Shown: in pieces, positions 1-10,814 of the stretch | Numbering within the stretch: position 1 is the stretch's first letter | How the letters are laid out: the number at the start of each line of letters is the position of its first letter | From: an uncultured bacterium | GTDB taxonomy: Bacteria; Zixibacteria; MSB-5A5; CAIYYT01 | Direction of reading: 5' to 3' | DNA: 64,000 nucleotides | NCBI GenBank assembly: GCA_963726455.1 | Contig: CAVSCK010000004.1 | Coordinates: forward strand, 1,504,001-1,568,000 | Notes under the pieces: generated by a model | What the model was told of the DNA's origin: nothing | Seen by the model: only the letters and a program-made list of their open reading frames with translations | Databases searched by the model: none | Made by a program: the position numbers and the translations under genes

Positions 1-1
1 T

Positions 2-694
2 TCCGCCACCGGCGAGGATTACGCGGGAATGTTCGGCGCGGGCAGAATTTCATCACTATCAAAACTGTCGGAACGAGTGATTGACGATCTCTTCAAGTCG
101 TTTCCGTTGGACAAGGATCTCACTGCCAGGTCGGGCGATCCCTGGCGGCATGGAGCAAAAGAGTCGCAGAAAGAACGCATAGCGATTGTCCCCTTCGATA
201 ATGTGTCGGGCTACTTTCATGCAGGTGAAATTGCGAACGGCCTTCTTATCTCCAGGTTATGCGAAGATGGCTTTCAAATTCTGGAACCGGGAGACGTAGC
301 GGCAGTGCTGGCGGACCTGCGTTCCACTCCGCGCGGCAAGGTGTCGTCTCTAGAGATAGCACAGCTTCGGGACAAACTTAATGCGACTGTCATTCTCACC
401 GGAGCAGTATATGGTTTCGCCGTGGCCGGAGGAGCTGAGACCGGCGCCCAGGTCGAAATTGGTATGCGCTTAATTGATGCTGCTACTGGAAAAGTGGTTG
501 CCTCCACGACCTCGGTTAAGAAGGAAGCCGATACCGAAACCATATTCGGCGCCGGCAGAGAATATTCACTTGGAAAATTGACGTCGGAAAGTCTAGAGTC
601 CGCCTGGAAGTCTCTGCAAAAAGACAGGGCAAAGCATACGTCATTGGCTAATCACCCCGGCACGGAAGGCGACACCACAAATGGTAACCGCTAG
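2..694 (+). CDS. CsgG/DUF799-like envelope protein, 5'-truncated by window edge
   Basis: Frame is open from base 2. RIAIVPFDN...ILTGAVY...VEIGMRLIDAATGKVV is CsgG/LpoB-like. FGAGR.xSLxKL occurs twice, implying tandem domains. Overlaps the next start. Confidence 0.6.
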   Translation, partial: SATGEDYAGMFGAGRISSLSKLSERVIDDLFKSFPLDKDLTARSGDPWRHGAKESQKERIAIVPFDNVSGYFHAGEIANGLLISRLCEDGFQILEPGDVAAVLADLRSTPRGKVSSLEIAQLRDKLNATVILTGAVYGFAVAGGAETGAQVEIGMRLIDAATGKVVASTTSVKKEADTETIFGAGREYSLGKLTSESLESAWKSLQKDRAKHTSLANHPGTEGDTTNGNR

Positions 695-2351
695 ACCCAC
701 TATAGCTTCTTTCTTAGCATTCATCGTCTGCTCATTGCTGTGGCTGACCCCGCGATTGGCAGTGGCTGCCTCGGTGGACAAACCGTCCTGCCTCGTTATC
801 GTCAATGGTGATTCCATCACGACTGCAACTTTCGAGGCATCGTTCAGTAATATCCACGCAACGATGTCGACCCGCGAAAAGGAGACTTTCGATTACCGTA
901 AGCTGCTGAACAAGCTGGTCAACGATCGCTTGCTGGTGCAGGAAGCCGAGTCGATGAAGATGGATCAGGAAAGCAGCGTGACGAAGTTGCTCGAAAAGCG
1001 CCGCAAGGAATATGCGGTCGCGGCATACATCAAATCCTCGTTCGTACCCAAAGATTCGGTCACTGATGCGGAAGTGCACAAATTCTTCATGGCTAATTTC
1101 GGCAAGAAGCAGTTGCGCACGGTTGCAGTCGAAACGAAAGAGAAGGCATCCGAGTTGATGGCCAGGATTCGCAAGGGCGCGGACATGGACAGCATCGCCC
1201 AGGCCGTTTCACTTGACATGTACAAATACCACGGCGGCTTGCGCTCACCAGCTTATGACATCGCGCTTGAGTCTGAATTCAAGCCGATTGTTTCCAAGCT
1301 GAAAGTTCACGAGCTTGCCGGGCCGGTCGCATATCGCAAGTCGTTTGCCTTCGTGCGGCTCGAACAGGCGACACCACCCGACACTGCCGACCTTCCCAAA
1401 GTGAAAGATTCGATCGTTCGGGATCTCAAGACTCAGAAACAGAATCAATCCTGGCAGGCGTTTCTGACCGATTTACGTTCCAAGTCTGCTATAGTTGTCG
1501 ACAGCGCGCTGCTAAGCACCATCAGACGCACCCAGGATGTTGCTCTCGATTCAACATTCATGAAGGGTAGCAGCAAACCGGTCGCGACGATTGCTTCCCG
1601 TGACACGATTACCGATTTCGATTTGCGGCAGCGAATCGCGCATCTGCGCATGGCGGCAAATACTCAGGCGATGGATTCGCTGGCGCGCCAAACGCTGGAT
1701 GAATCGATCAACGAGATCGTCCTCTTCCGCGCCGCCGAAACTGCAGGGTTCACGGAGAAGTCACAGGTGCTGAGCAAACTGGCATCCACGCGAGATAGTG
1801 TTTTGATCGAAATGTATCTCAAGGAGACCGTGGTTTCGCGGATCAAGTTTAACCATCAGGAATTCACGGACTACTATAACGCCCATCTTGAGGACTTCCG
1901 CGAACCCGCAGAGTACAATCTCAAGGAAATCATGGTCAATCGCCGGGATCTTGCCGACAGTATCGTGGGGCTAGTGCACGATGGCGCCGATTTCAATTTT
2001 GTCGCCCGCAAGTTGCTGGCCGGCAAATCAGATGTCGATGAGGTCGACAAGTGGATGTCACTCGGAGCTTTCCCACAAGCGATTCAGGACGATCTGTCGG
2101 AGCTGCCGACGGGCAGCATCACCAAGCCCTACCAGACTTCCGACGGTTGGGTGATTTTCAAGATCAAAGAGCGCCGACCGGGCAAGATCAAAGAACAGAG
2201 TGAAGCCGATATGCAGATACGCGATATCATGTTTCAGCAGAAATTCGATGAGTCGCTGGATAAGATTTTGAATACATTGAAGAAGAATTCGCAGATCGTC
2301 TATTTCGATAATGCGATAAACGCGTTCCTTGGCAAGACAACGTCCAAGTAA
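681..2351 (+). CDS. SurA/PrsA-like peptidyl-prolyl isomerase (two parvulin-like units), secreted
   Basis: Signal peptide; VIVNGDSIT, LVNDRLLVQEA, GADMDSIA/GADFNFVA, ITKPYQTSDGWVIFKI. Confidence 0.8.
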   Translation: MVTARPTIASFLAFIVCSLLWLTPRLAVAASVDKPSCLVIVNGDSITTATFEASFSNIHATMSTREKETFDYRKLLNKLVNDRLLVQEAESMKMDQESSVTKLLEKRRKEYAVAAYIKSSFVPKDSVTDAEVHKFFMANFGKKQLRTVAVETKEKASELMARIRKGADMDSIAQAVSLDMYKYHGGLRSPAYDIALESEFKPIVSKLKVHELAGPVAYRKSFAFVRLEQATPPDTADLPKVKDSIVRDLKTQKQNQSWQAFLTDLRSKSAIVVDSALLSTIRRTQDVALDSTFMKGSSKPVATIASRDTITDFDLRQRIAHLRMAANTQAMDSLARQTLDESINEIVLFRAAETAGFTEKSQVLSKLASTRDSVLIEMYLKETVVSRIKFNHQEFTDYYNAHLEDFREPAEYNLKEIMVNRRDLADSIVGLVHDGADFNFVARKLLAGKSDVDEVDKWMSLGAFPQAIQDDLSELPTGSITKPYQTSDGWVIFKIKERRPGKIKEQSEADMQIRDIMFQQKFDESLDKILNTLKKNSQIVYFDNAINAFLGKTTSK

Positions 2352-2382
2352 TAGGAAATTGGTTCAGGGAAGAAACTTCGTC

Positions 2383-4378
2383 ATGCCGCAACTGATCAAA
2401 TCACGCAAGTTTATCTCACTACTCTCCGCATCTGCGTTGATGGCAATGTTCGTACTGCTACTCAGTTACACCTCAGACAGTCAGGCGCAGGTCAAACGCG
2501 GCAAACGTTTTTCCACCGAAGGCAATTGCCTCGACTGCCATAAGCTGGATCAGTTCAAGGGCAAGGTTAAACACAAACCCTTCGGCGATAAGGATTGTCA
2601 GGCGTGCCACAAACCGCACGGCCTCGTGGGAATGTTGCGGCTCAAAGAAGACGGCGCGGCACTCTGTTTCCTCTGCCACGACAAGGTGAAACTTGGCCTG
2701 GAGCGCGCCAATGTGCACGATCCCGCGAAGAAAGGTGACTGCAAGATTTGCCACGATTCGCACGCCTCGGACGAACCGGGTTTGTTGAAAGCCAAATCTG
2801 AGGAACTCTGTTTCACTTGCCACGATCGCACGGAGTTCGAGGGCAAAATTGTTCACCAGCCGATGAAGCAAAGTTGTTTTGCCTGCCATGAGGTTCATGG
2901 GAGCGACCATGTGGCTCTGCTAAAGAAAGACAAAAACGATCTCTGCAATGATTGCCATAATACGTCCGAGCCGGCGTTTGCCAAGGCGCACGCCGATTAT
3001 CCGGTGGCCAAGTCAGATTGCTCAATGTGCCATTCTTCGCATTCATCGGATGAACCTAAGTTGTTGACGAAATCGATACATGCGCCGGTAGCCGCAGGCG
3101 AATGCCAGACTTGTCATACTGTCCCGAGCGACACGACCTTTGCCGTGCAGGGCGACCCGCAGCAACTCTGCGTAACCTGCCACGACCTGGCCGAGATCGC
3201 GCCCGAAGGCACGCATCCGCCGGTAGCCGCCGGCGAATGCCTCACGTGCCACAATCCGCACGGATCAAAAGAGAAGTCACTCTTGGTGAAATCGGAAAAG
3301 GAACTGTGCCTCGATTGCCACAGCGACGTTTCCAACGAGTTGATTCAGGCCTCGACGCACAAGCCCGCGCAGGAAGATTGCGCGATCTGCCATAAGGCGC
3401 ACGGCAAGACTGATTCCAAGTTGCTGACCAAAGATGTCAATACGTTATGTCTCGACTGCCACGCCGAACAGAAAGCAGCTCTGGCCGACGCCGACGTGCA
3501 TCCGCCCTTTTCTGACGGCGTCTGCACCGACTGTCACCGTCCGCACGGAACACCGGAACCGAAATTGGTCAAGAGCAATACCTCTGAACTCTGCGCGTCA
3601 TGCCACGACGACGTCAACAAATGGATCACGCAGAAGAGCGCGCATCAGCCGGTCAAGGCAGGACAGTGCGTCAAATGCCACAATCCGCATGCCTCACCAC
3701 AAGCCCAAGTTGTTGGTCGCCGAGAACAATGCGTTGTGTGAGAATTGCCACAGTGCTTTGACGGCAGACAGCACCAACACCGTGATTCATCCGCCGTTCG
3801 GCGAAAAGCAGTGCAACACCTGCCATGTGCCGCATGCGTCCGACTACACGCCATTGTTGGCATCAGCCCAGGGAGAACTCTGCGGTGGATGTCATTCCGA
3901 CATTCCGGGCGACTCGACCAAATTCGTCAGCGAACACAAGCCGGTTGCCGAGGGCAATTGCTCCGGCTGCCACAGTCCGCACGCCGGCAAACTCGCCAAG
4001 TTGCTTTTGGATAAACAACCCCGGCTCTGCCTGAATTGCCATACTGATATCGGCGACCTGATGAAGAAAGCCAACGTGCATCCGCCTGCCGTGGAGGAAT
4101 GCACCGGCTGCCACAAGCCGCATACCAGCGAAGTGAAAACGCTTTTGGCCGAGAATGTGCCGGCAATGTGCCTCGCCTGTCACGATGGCGAAGACGCGTC
4201 ATTCAAAAGCAAGCATCTTGGCTTGAGCGGTTCGCAGATCGACTGCCGCAAGTGTCACGATCCGCATGCGTCAGAGGACAAGCGGATGATACTTCCGAAA
4301 GAGCACGACCCGTTTGCCAACGGCGCCTGTGATGCCTGCCACACTGATGTTCCCCAGCCGGAAGGAGAGAAAAAGTGA
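2383..4378 (+). CDS. Doubled-CXXCH multiheme cytochrome c, 26 hemes, about 664 aa, split by one +1 frameshift near 3703-3706
   Basis: 17 CXXCH in ORF 2329..3741 plus 9 in ORF 3434..4378. Removing one C from gccc restores HASPQAKLLVAENNALCENCH. Signal peptide follows ATG 2383. Confidence 0.9.
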
Positions 4379-5604
4379 AGAATACAATGATGTCTCTCGC
4401 GGCTCTTCTCCTGATCTTTGCGGCGTCAAGTTTCGCGCAGGCAGTCAAAGTCAATCAGCCGGAAGTCTGTTTTAATTGCCATTCCGAGATCAGTGACCTC
4501 AACGCCAAGAAGCATGTGCACACGGCGTTCAAGTCGGGACAGTGCTCGTCATGCCATAGTCCGCATGCGGCTCGCCACGAAAAGCTTCTCGCCGAAAGTC
4601 CCGGCGCGTTGTGCCTTGGTTGCCATACTGATGTCAAGAAGTTGGTCACGAGTCCGTCGCCGCATGTGCCGGCTGCTAGTGGCGAGTGTCTCAAATGCCA
4701 TGATCCGCACGCATCCGACAATGCCAGTCAGCTTAAGCAGCCGATGACCGCGCTGTGCACAACCTGCCATCCCGTGATCAATGACTGGTTCAAGCGCGCG
4801 AATATCCATCAGCCGGTGGAAACGAAGCAGTGCATGAAGTGCCACAATCCGCACGGCACCGGCAACAGTGGCCTGCTTGTCAACAATGTGCCGACACTCT
4901 GCTTCGGCTGCCACCAGCAGAATCAGACCTTCCAGACCGTGCATAAGGGTTACAACCTGAGCAAGGCCGACTGCACGATGTGTCACGATCCGCATTCGTC
5001 CGGCTCCAAGGGTCTCTTGATGGCGAATCAACACGCGCCGTTCAAGGGCGGTCGCTGCAGCGCCTGCCATTCCGCCGGCGCCGAGTCGGGTGGTTCATTC
5101 GCGATCGCGGGAAGTATCAAGAACGTTTGCCTGAAATGCCATGCGGGAATCACTGCGGATGCCAAGTTGGAATTCCATCCACACGTCAACGATGAACGTT
5201 CATGTATCAACTGTCATAATCCGCACGCCTCGAACGGCACGTCGCTGTTGGCGTCGGATCAAAAGAATCTCTGCCTGAAATGCCACTTCAATAATCCGGC
5301 TCCGGGAAAAGACAAGAGCGCCTACATCACGCACAACGGCCAGGATTGCACGACTTGCCATCGTCCGCACGGCGCCGACAACAAACGGCTCTTCAAGATG
5401 GCGGACCTCGACCTGTGCCGCAGTTGCCATCCCGATGTTCACAAGGGCTCGCATCCGATGGCGCCTGATCCCAAAGCGATCGATCCGCGCACGAAACAGC
5501 CAGTCACCTGCATCAGTTGCCACAAGCTGCATGGCTCCGACTTCAAGCCATACCTGCCGCTCAGTTCCGACGGCGACCTCTGCGTCCAGTGCCATAAGAA
5601 GTAG
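4375..5604 (+). CDS. Doubled-CXXCH multiheme cytochrome c, 16 hemes, secreted
   Basis: 16 CXXCH motifs; signal peptide (ASSFA/QA); GTGA overlap with upstream stop. Confidence 0.93.
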   Translation: MKNTMMSLAALLLIFAASSFAQAVKVNQPEVCFNCHSEISDLNAKKHVHTAFKSGQCSSCHSPHAARHEKLLAESPGALCLGCHTDVKKLVTSPSPHVPAASGECLKCHDPHASDNASQLKQPMTALCTTCHPVINDWFKRANIHQPVETKQCMKCHNPHGTGNSGLLVNNVPTLCFGCHQQNQTFQTVHKGYNLSKADCTMCHDPHSSGSKGLLMANQHAPFKGGRCSACHSAGAESGGSFAIAGSIKNVCLKCHAGITADAKLEFHPHVNDERSCINCHNPHASNGTSLLASDQKNLCLKCHFNNPAPGKDKSAYITHNGQDCTTCHRPHGADNKRLFKMADLDLCRSCHPDVHKGSHPMAPDPKAIDPRTKQPVTCISCHKLHGSDFKPYLPLSSDGDLCVQCHKK

Positions 5605-5647
5605 CGGCTATTTCAGCGACATCTGCCGCCCGGTTTCTCCACCGCCA

Positions 5648-5756
5648 GTAGTCGCGCACGGCAGTGCGTTTGAGGATTAGGCAGTCGTCCTCGCCTGCCG
5701 GAAGTTCCGGTGCGCCCTGCGCATGTCATTCCCACGAAGGTGGGAATCCAGGCGTA
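5648..5756. repeat. REP-like cluster including GTCATTCCC-N8-GGGAATCCAG palindrome
   Basis: Units are reverse complements of those at 10985-11277. Confidence 0.8.
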
Positions 5757-5862
5757 TTTGGGCGCACGTAGCTTAGAATCGCTTCGCCTTTGACGCTCTA
5801 ACATTGCGCGCCACTAGGAATCCTTCCAAGTCGCGGCGGGTCGGGGTAACAGGGAATTTAGT

Positions 5863-5891
5863 TTGACACCTAGCCTCAAATAGATTATTCT
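5863..5891 (+). promoter_or_regulatory. sigma-70 promoter for hamAB
   Basis: TTGACA-17 bp-TATTCT, about 100 bp upstream of ATG 5988. Confidence 0.6.
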
Positions 5892-5987
5892 CTAAATGAT
5901 CTATCATAGTTCCGCTTCTGTAGCGGTAATTCGCTATATGTGATGTGAGCGAACATCCAGCGGAAGACAAGATTTGGGGAGTGGGGT

Positions 5988-6992
5988 ATGCCAATTGAAG
6001 ACATAAAAGCACTCACGGAGGAAGAGTTCCGCAACCAATTCTCCGACTTGTACAAGTCTCTTCCCGCGTTGTTGCAGCGGAGCCCTGAAAACGCCTTGGA
6101 TGCCTATATAGAGAAAGTCGACTTCAATGTTGAGATTGCTGAGACGAGAGCTCGAGCACACTGCCATTTCATAGCTCTTGATGGTAACAAGAGACCACGA
6201 CAAAAGGACTTTGCCAGATTCCTCGCCACCAAGATCACAGATTTCGCTATTCCGCGAAGTGAGATTAGACGTGCAATACAAGAGGCTAGCCGACTAGGAT
6301 CAACTGCTCCAGTTGACAACCTCGGCAACAAGGCACGGAGCCTCTTTGTTAAGTCTCAGAACAGTGGTGAAGGCGGAGAAGCACTGTTGTCTCTCCTGGC
6401 GGAGACTTTGCTCGGGTTGCCTCAGATGCTCACTAAGATGGTTCTAAAGACCAGTAGTCAAATGCCGGTTCATGGCTGTGATGGCATTCACATCGGAGTG
6501 AATAAAGGGACTGGCAATCTGGCACTGTACTGGGGGGAGTCTAAGTTGTACAGTGACGTGAATAAAGCTATCCGGGACTGTTTTAGTAGCCTTGCTCCTT
6601 TCCTGCTTGGTACAGGTGGGAGTAGCGCCAAGCAAGTCCGCGATCTACAACTACTTCGTGACGGAATTGACTTTGACGACCGCGATTTGGAGAATGCAGT
6701 TAAGCGATTCCTAAATCCTGACGATCCGATGTTCAAAAGTCTGGAGTATCGCGGGTTGTGTCTAATTGGCTTTAACTCGGACGAATATCCATCGAATCCT
6801 AATTCGAAGGAGGCTGAGCAGCTGAGGCAGGACATCCGCAATGCTTTTGAACGGAACAGAGGAAACATAAGAGACTGCGTGATTAGAGAACGCATTCAAA
6901 CCTTTGATATCGAAGTGTTCTGTCTGCCTTTTCCAAACGTGGACGAGTTCCGTCTCGCCTTTAGAACTGAAATAGGGGTGGCCCCTGAGTAA
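5988..6992 (+). CDS. hamA: Hachiman defence protein HamA (DUF1837 nuclease-like)
   Basis: SGEGGEALL, KMVLKTSSQMPVHGCDGIH, LYWGESKLY motifs; followed by a Ski2-like helicase. Confidence 0.9.
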   Translation: MPIEDIKALTEEEFRNQFSDLYKSLPALLQRSPENALDAYIEKVDFNVEIAETRARAHCHFIALDGNKRPRQKDFARFLATKITDFAIPRSEIRRAIQEASRLGSTAPVDNLGNKARSLFVKSQNSGEGGEALLSLLAETLLGLPQMLTKMVLKTSSQMPVHGCDGIHIGVNKGTGNLALYWGESKLYSDVNKAIRDCFSSLAPFLLGTGGSSAKQVRDLQLLRDGIDFDDRDLENAVKRFLNPDDPMFKSLEYRGLCLIGFNSDEYPSNPNSKEAEQLRQDIRNAFERNRGNIRDCVIRERIQTFDIEVFCLPFPNVDEFRLAFRTEIGVAPE

Positions 6993-9591
6993 ATCGGATC
7001 TGCAGAGTTGGCTTGTTGGAAATGCTGGATTTCGAAAACAATACGACAAGCTGTTGATAGATTCTGTGGTTCGGCAGTTTCCCAATTTGAAGCGCTGTGA
7101 TGGCAATACCAATCAGTTGCATGACTGGAGATATCTGCTGCTTTGTGCCAGCCTTCTTTCGCAATCCGAGGCAGAGAAATGCCAGGATATCGCCTTGCGA
7201 ATAGCCCAGTTCTGCCTTGAATGCGAAGACACCTCCGACGATGAAAAAGACGCAGCTGCCGTTGTCCTGGACAGTATGGCCAATCGCCCAGCTATTGGAC
7301 TGGCAGAAAGAAGAAATCTCCTTCACGCGGATTTCGTCGAGCGATTGCCGTTTCCTCTCTTTCAGGATTGGACCAAGAGGTCACTTGAATACTCTGTGAA
7401 TCTTTCGGATTCCACTTCAATACAGGTAAACAGATTCCAACGGCGCTTTTGGGATGATGCGTCGGCCAACGATTGGATGAGTGTTTCAGCACCTACATCC
7501 GCTGGCAAGTCCTTCATTGTTGAACGTTGGCTTGCTGAGTATCTGCGCACCAAGCCTCTCGCCAAGATTGTCTTCCTAGTTCCGACTCGCGCACTCATCC
7601 AGCAAGTTCAGAGGGATGTCGATAATCTCTTGAAAAATGAAAGAATCCCCAATGTTGCCGTTACCACCCTACCTCTGCGATCAACAGTAGTAAACAACAA
7701 AGCCTGTATCTTCGTTTTCACTCAGGAGCGCTTTCACATTCTTCTAGGTGAAGTCGATGCAGATTTGTCGTTTGACCTGCTAATTGTCGACGAAGCTCAG
7801 AAAATTGGTGACAACTATCGCGGCGTGCTCCTGCAACAGGCTATTGAAGCTGCCGTATTGAGAAGCCCAGCGTGTCGCGTGTTCTTTGCCAGCCCCATGA
7901 CCGATAATCCCGAGACCATGTTAGCCGATGCACCAAGGGGCATATCGAGCAAATCATTGGTCAGCGAAGACACTATGGTGAATCAGAATCTGATCTGGAC
8001 ATCGCAGGAGATCGGCAGACCAAGTCACTGGAATTTGGAATTACTCTTGGACTCAACCCCCATCTTCATCGGAAGTTTCGTGTTGCCTGCTAGTCCATCT
8101 CCCGAGAGTAAGAGGTTACCCTTCGTTGCCTTCTCACTAGGAAATCATCATGGAGGGAATGTAGTATACGTAAACGGAGCAGCAGAGGCTGAAAAAGTGG
8201 CAATGCAGCTGTATGACTTAGTCGAAGCCCAAAATGACCTATCAACCGATGACGAGATTTCAGCCCTCATCGAATTGATAAGGAGGATCGTGCATCCGAA
8301 GTACTCCCTTGCGAATGTTCTACAACGTGGCATAGCATTTCACTACGGCAACATGCCTTTACTTATTCGAACCGAAATAGAAAGACTATTCGATTCAAAC
8401 AAGCTCAAGTACTTGGTTTGTACATCCACATTAATTGAAGGCATTAACATGCCGTGCCAAAGCATTTTCGTTCGCGGCCCACAAAAGGGCCGTGGGATAC
8501 CTATGGCTCCGAGTGACTTTTGGAATCTCGCCGGTCGCGCCGGCCGGTGGGGAAAGGAATTTCAGGGTAACATTGTTTGTGTCGACGCCACGAAGGATAA
8601 TTTGTGGAAGCTTTCGGCACCAAGATCCCGGACGAAATTCCACATTACTAGAACTTCCGACCAAATACTACGCAAGTCCGAAGAACTCGTAGCATTCATC
8701 GATAATCGGACACCTCGAGGTGAGGCAGTCCAAAAACCGAATCTGGAGTATGTGTTCTCTTACTTAGTCTGCTCTTATATAAACCATGGCAGCATTGCTC
8801 AAACCATTTGGGCTCAGCGCTTTGACGACCGGATCATAAAAACGCTCGATCAGAAGGTGGGGGCAATTGTAGATAAGCTCAAGGTGCCAAAGACAGTCGT
8901 GTTGAAAAACCCAGGAATCAGCGCAATTGCCATGGACGGCTTACTCGCTTATTTCGACGAGCACACGGGAAAGCGACAAGAACCTTTGGATCAGTTGATG
9001 CCAGTGCCCGCTGAAAGTGAAGATGCTTTTGAATCCTATGTCAAAATTCTCAATCGAATCAATTCCCATCTGGCTCCGGTCTTTGGACGTGGAGGTCGAG
9101 TTCGTCAACTTGCATTGCTAATTGTGCATTGGTTGAGAGGATTTCCACTTGCAATGATTATTTCGGGTCGAGAACAGTACTACAGAAATCATAGGACACA
9201 GGACATCACGCTGAGTAATCTCATTCGGGAAACTATGAAGGACGTTGAGGAAATTGCTCGCTTCCAGGCACCCAAGTATCTGGGGTGTTACGTAGATCTC
9301 CTGCGAGAGCATCTTGAACTCAACAACAGGCACGATCTTATCGAGCGATTGATCGAGATAAACATCTTGCTAGAATTTGGTGTCTCGCAGACCACGCAAC
9401 TGTCTCTCATTGGACTTGGCCTTAGTCGATCAAGCGCTATTGCCTTGTCAGAGTTCATCACTGATGACTCCCTACAAGAGTCACAGTGTCTTTCCTGGCT
9501 GAAGGAGAGCGATTGGATCACTAGGGACTTGCCCGCATTAGTCAAGCGTGAAATCGCTGATGTGCTTCAAAACAAAGAAGAAGAGTCCTAG
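6985..9591 (+). CDS. hamB: Hachiman HamB Ski2-like DEAD/DEAH helicase (probable CTG start at 6985; ORF track start 7054)
   Basis: SAPTSAGKS, VPTRAL, TQER, DEAQ, GIAFHYG, TSTLIEGINMP, NLAGRAGR; frame open back to 6976. Confidence 0.9.
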   Translation: MSKSDLQSWLVGNAGFRKQYDKLLIDSVVRQFPNLKRCDGNTNQLHDWRYLLLCASLLSQSEAEKCQDIALRIAQFCLECEDTSDDEKDAAAVVLDSMANRPAIGLAERRNLLHADFVERLPFPLFQDWTKRSLEYSVNLSDSTSIQVNRFQRRFWDDASANDWMSVSAPTSAGKSFIVERWLAEYLRTKPLAKIVFLVPTRALIQQVQRDVDNLLKNERIPNVAVTTLPLRSTVVNNKACIFVFTQERFHILLGEVDADLSFDLLIVDEAQKIGDNYRGVLLQQAIEAAVLRSPACRVFFASPMTDNPETMLADAPRGISSKSLVSEDTMVNQNLIWTSQEIGRPSHWNLELLLDSTPIFIGSFVLPASPSPESKRLPFVAFSLGNHHGGNVVYVNGAAEAEKVAMQLYDLVEAQNDLSTDDEISALIELIRRIVHPKYSLANVLQRGIAFHYGNMPLLIRTEIERLFDSNKLKYLVCTSTLIEGINMPCQSIFVRGPQKGRGIPMAPSDFWNLAGRAGRWGKEFQGNIVCVDATKDNLWKLSAPRSRTKFHITRTSDQILRKSEELVAFIDNRTPRGEAVQKPNLEYVFSYLVCSYINHGSIAQTIWAQRFDDRIIKTLDQKVGAIVDKLKVPKTVVLKNPGISAIAMDGLLAYFDEHTGKRQEPLDQLMPVPAESEDAFESYVKILNRINSHLAPVFGRGGRVRQLALLIVHWLRGFPLAMIISGREQYYRNHRTQDITLSNLIRETMKDVEEIARFQAPKYLGCYVDLLREHLELNNRHDLIERLIEINILLEFGVSQTTQLSLIGLGLSRSSAIALSEFITDDSLQESQCLSWLKESDWITRDLPALVKREIADVLQNKEEES

Positions 9592-10233
9592 TTTTGTAGG
9601 TCGAAACACTTTGTGAAAATTGGTCTGACCCACAAATCCGTTTCCGGGGGTTTCGACATTTCTGTATTGCTCCACTACAACCGCCAACCTACTCTCAAAA
9701 CATTCCCCTGTTCCGGCACCCCCTGCGCCGCGCCTAACCTCTTGTCTTCGAGTGTTTCATCTCCGCGCGGCGTGCGACCTGCCGGCCTTCCGCAAAAATA
9801 TTCTCACTTTTCTTCTCCCTCGATTCACACTCATTTTCGGCTTTTTACACGTCTCTTTGCTTCCATCTTGCATCTCTCCAACCACTTACCCGCTGTCGCC
9901 AGCACTAAAAAGCATAAATCTCAAAACCCTATATAAGTAGAACGCAGGTTGCGGCACCGAAGGTCACCCCGGAGGGCTTTGTGGGTCTGGTGATTAGCGG
10001 CTGAGCAAAATGGGAGTTTTGTGAATCAACCTTCTACCGATCAGGAATCCCCGATGGCAACACGGTTACGACTAAGCTATCCATGCCGAACTCTAACCGT
10101 GTCGTCCCGGGCATACTCGTCCTCCGCCGTGGTGAGTGAGTCTGTCGCTGTAAACCTTGTGGTTCGCGCTGTCGGATACCCGCCGTCCAACCGACACGCT
10201 TTGATGTGGAATGGTGCTCTCTCTGGGATGAAG

Positions 10234-10440
10234 GTCGCGACTAAAGTCGCTCCTACATTCCGGTCAGATCACGCGTCCCCCTACTCTGTAGGAGCGACTT
10301 TAGTCGCGACTGCTGTGTGTGCGATGACCCGCGTAGGGGCTTGGTCTCCAAGCCCGCCGGATCCATCGACACGCAACAATCGGGCAAGGAGACCTTGCCC
10401 CTACGCGCTGTATTCCCCTCTTGAGAGGGGATTAAGGGAG
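10234..10440. repeat. Two GTAG-type REP doublets plus a CCCCTCT/AGAGGGG palindrome
   Basis: Perfect 23-bp inverted pair 10234-10256/10288-10310; inverted pair 10333-10355/10382-10404. Confidence 0.85.
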
Positions 10441-10814
10441 GTGTCATTCCTGTGTCCGCGCCACCCTCTGTGTATCGTGACACCACCACATCATCGCACC
10501 GGTGTCCCATCCGCTTTAGCGGGTGGGTTTCGTATGTCTGTAGCTGTCAACTACAGAACAGTTCACACCGTCGGAGGGAACCCAGTAATAGAGCGTATCG
10601 CGACAACCGCGAATCCGATCAACTTTGCTACCAGGGCGAACAACTGCGAAGTTGGTGGCTCAATGGAGGAGCGTCCCCTTATCCCCGCAACACGTTCCAG
10701 CTCTTCGGCACACTTGACGGATGGTTTGATGCCAACGTTGCCGCCAGTGTTTTTCCCAGTACGGGATCGATTCATGCGCCGCGCCTGTCCTCATCTTATC
10801 ACCCGCTTACTCTT

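Noticed and set aside
9937-10199. Retron msr/msd or tRNA integration site next to Hachiman
   Set aside because: No reverse transcriptase or integrase in the window and no tRNA cloverleaf recognised
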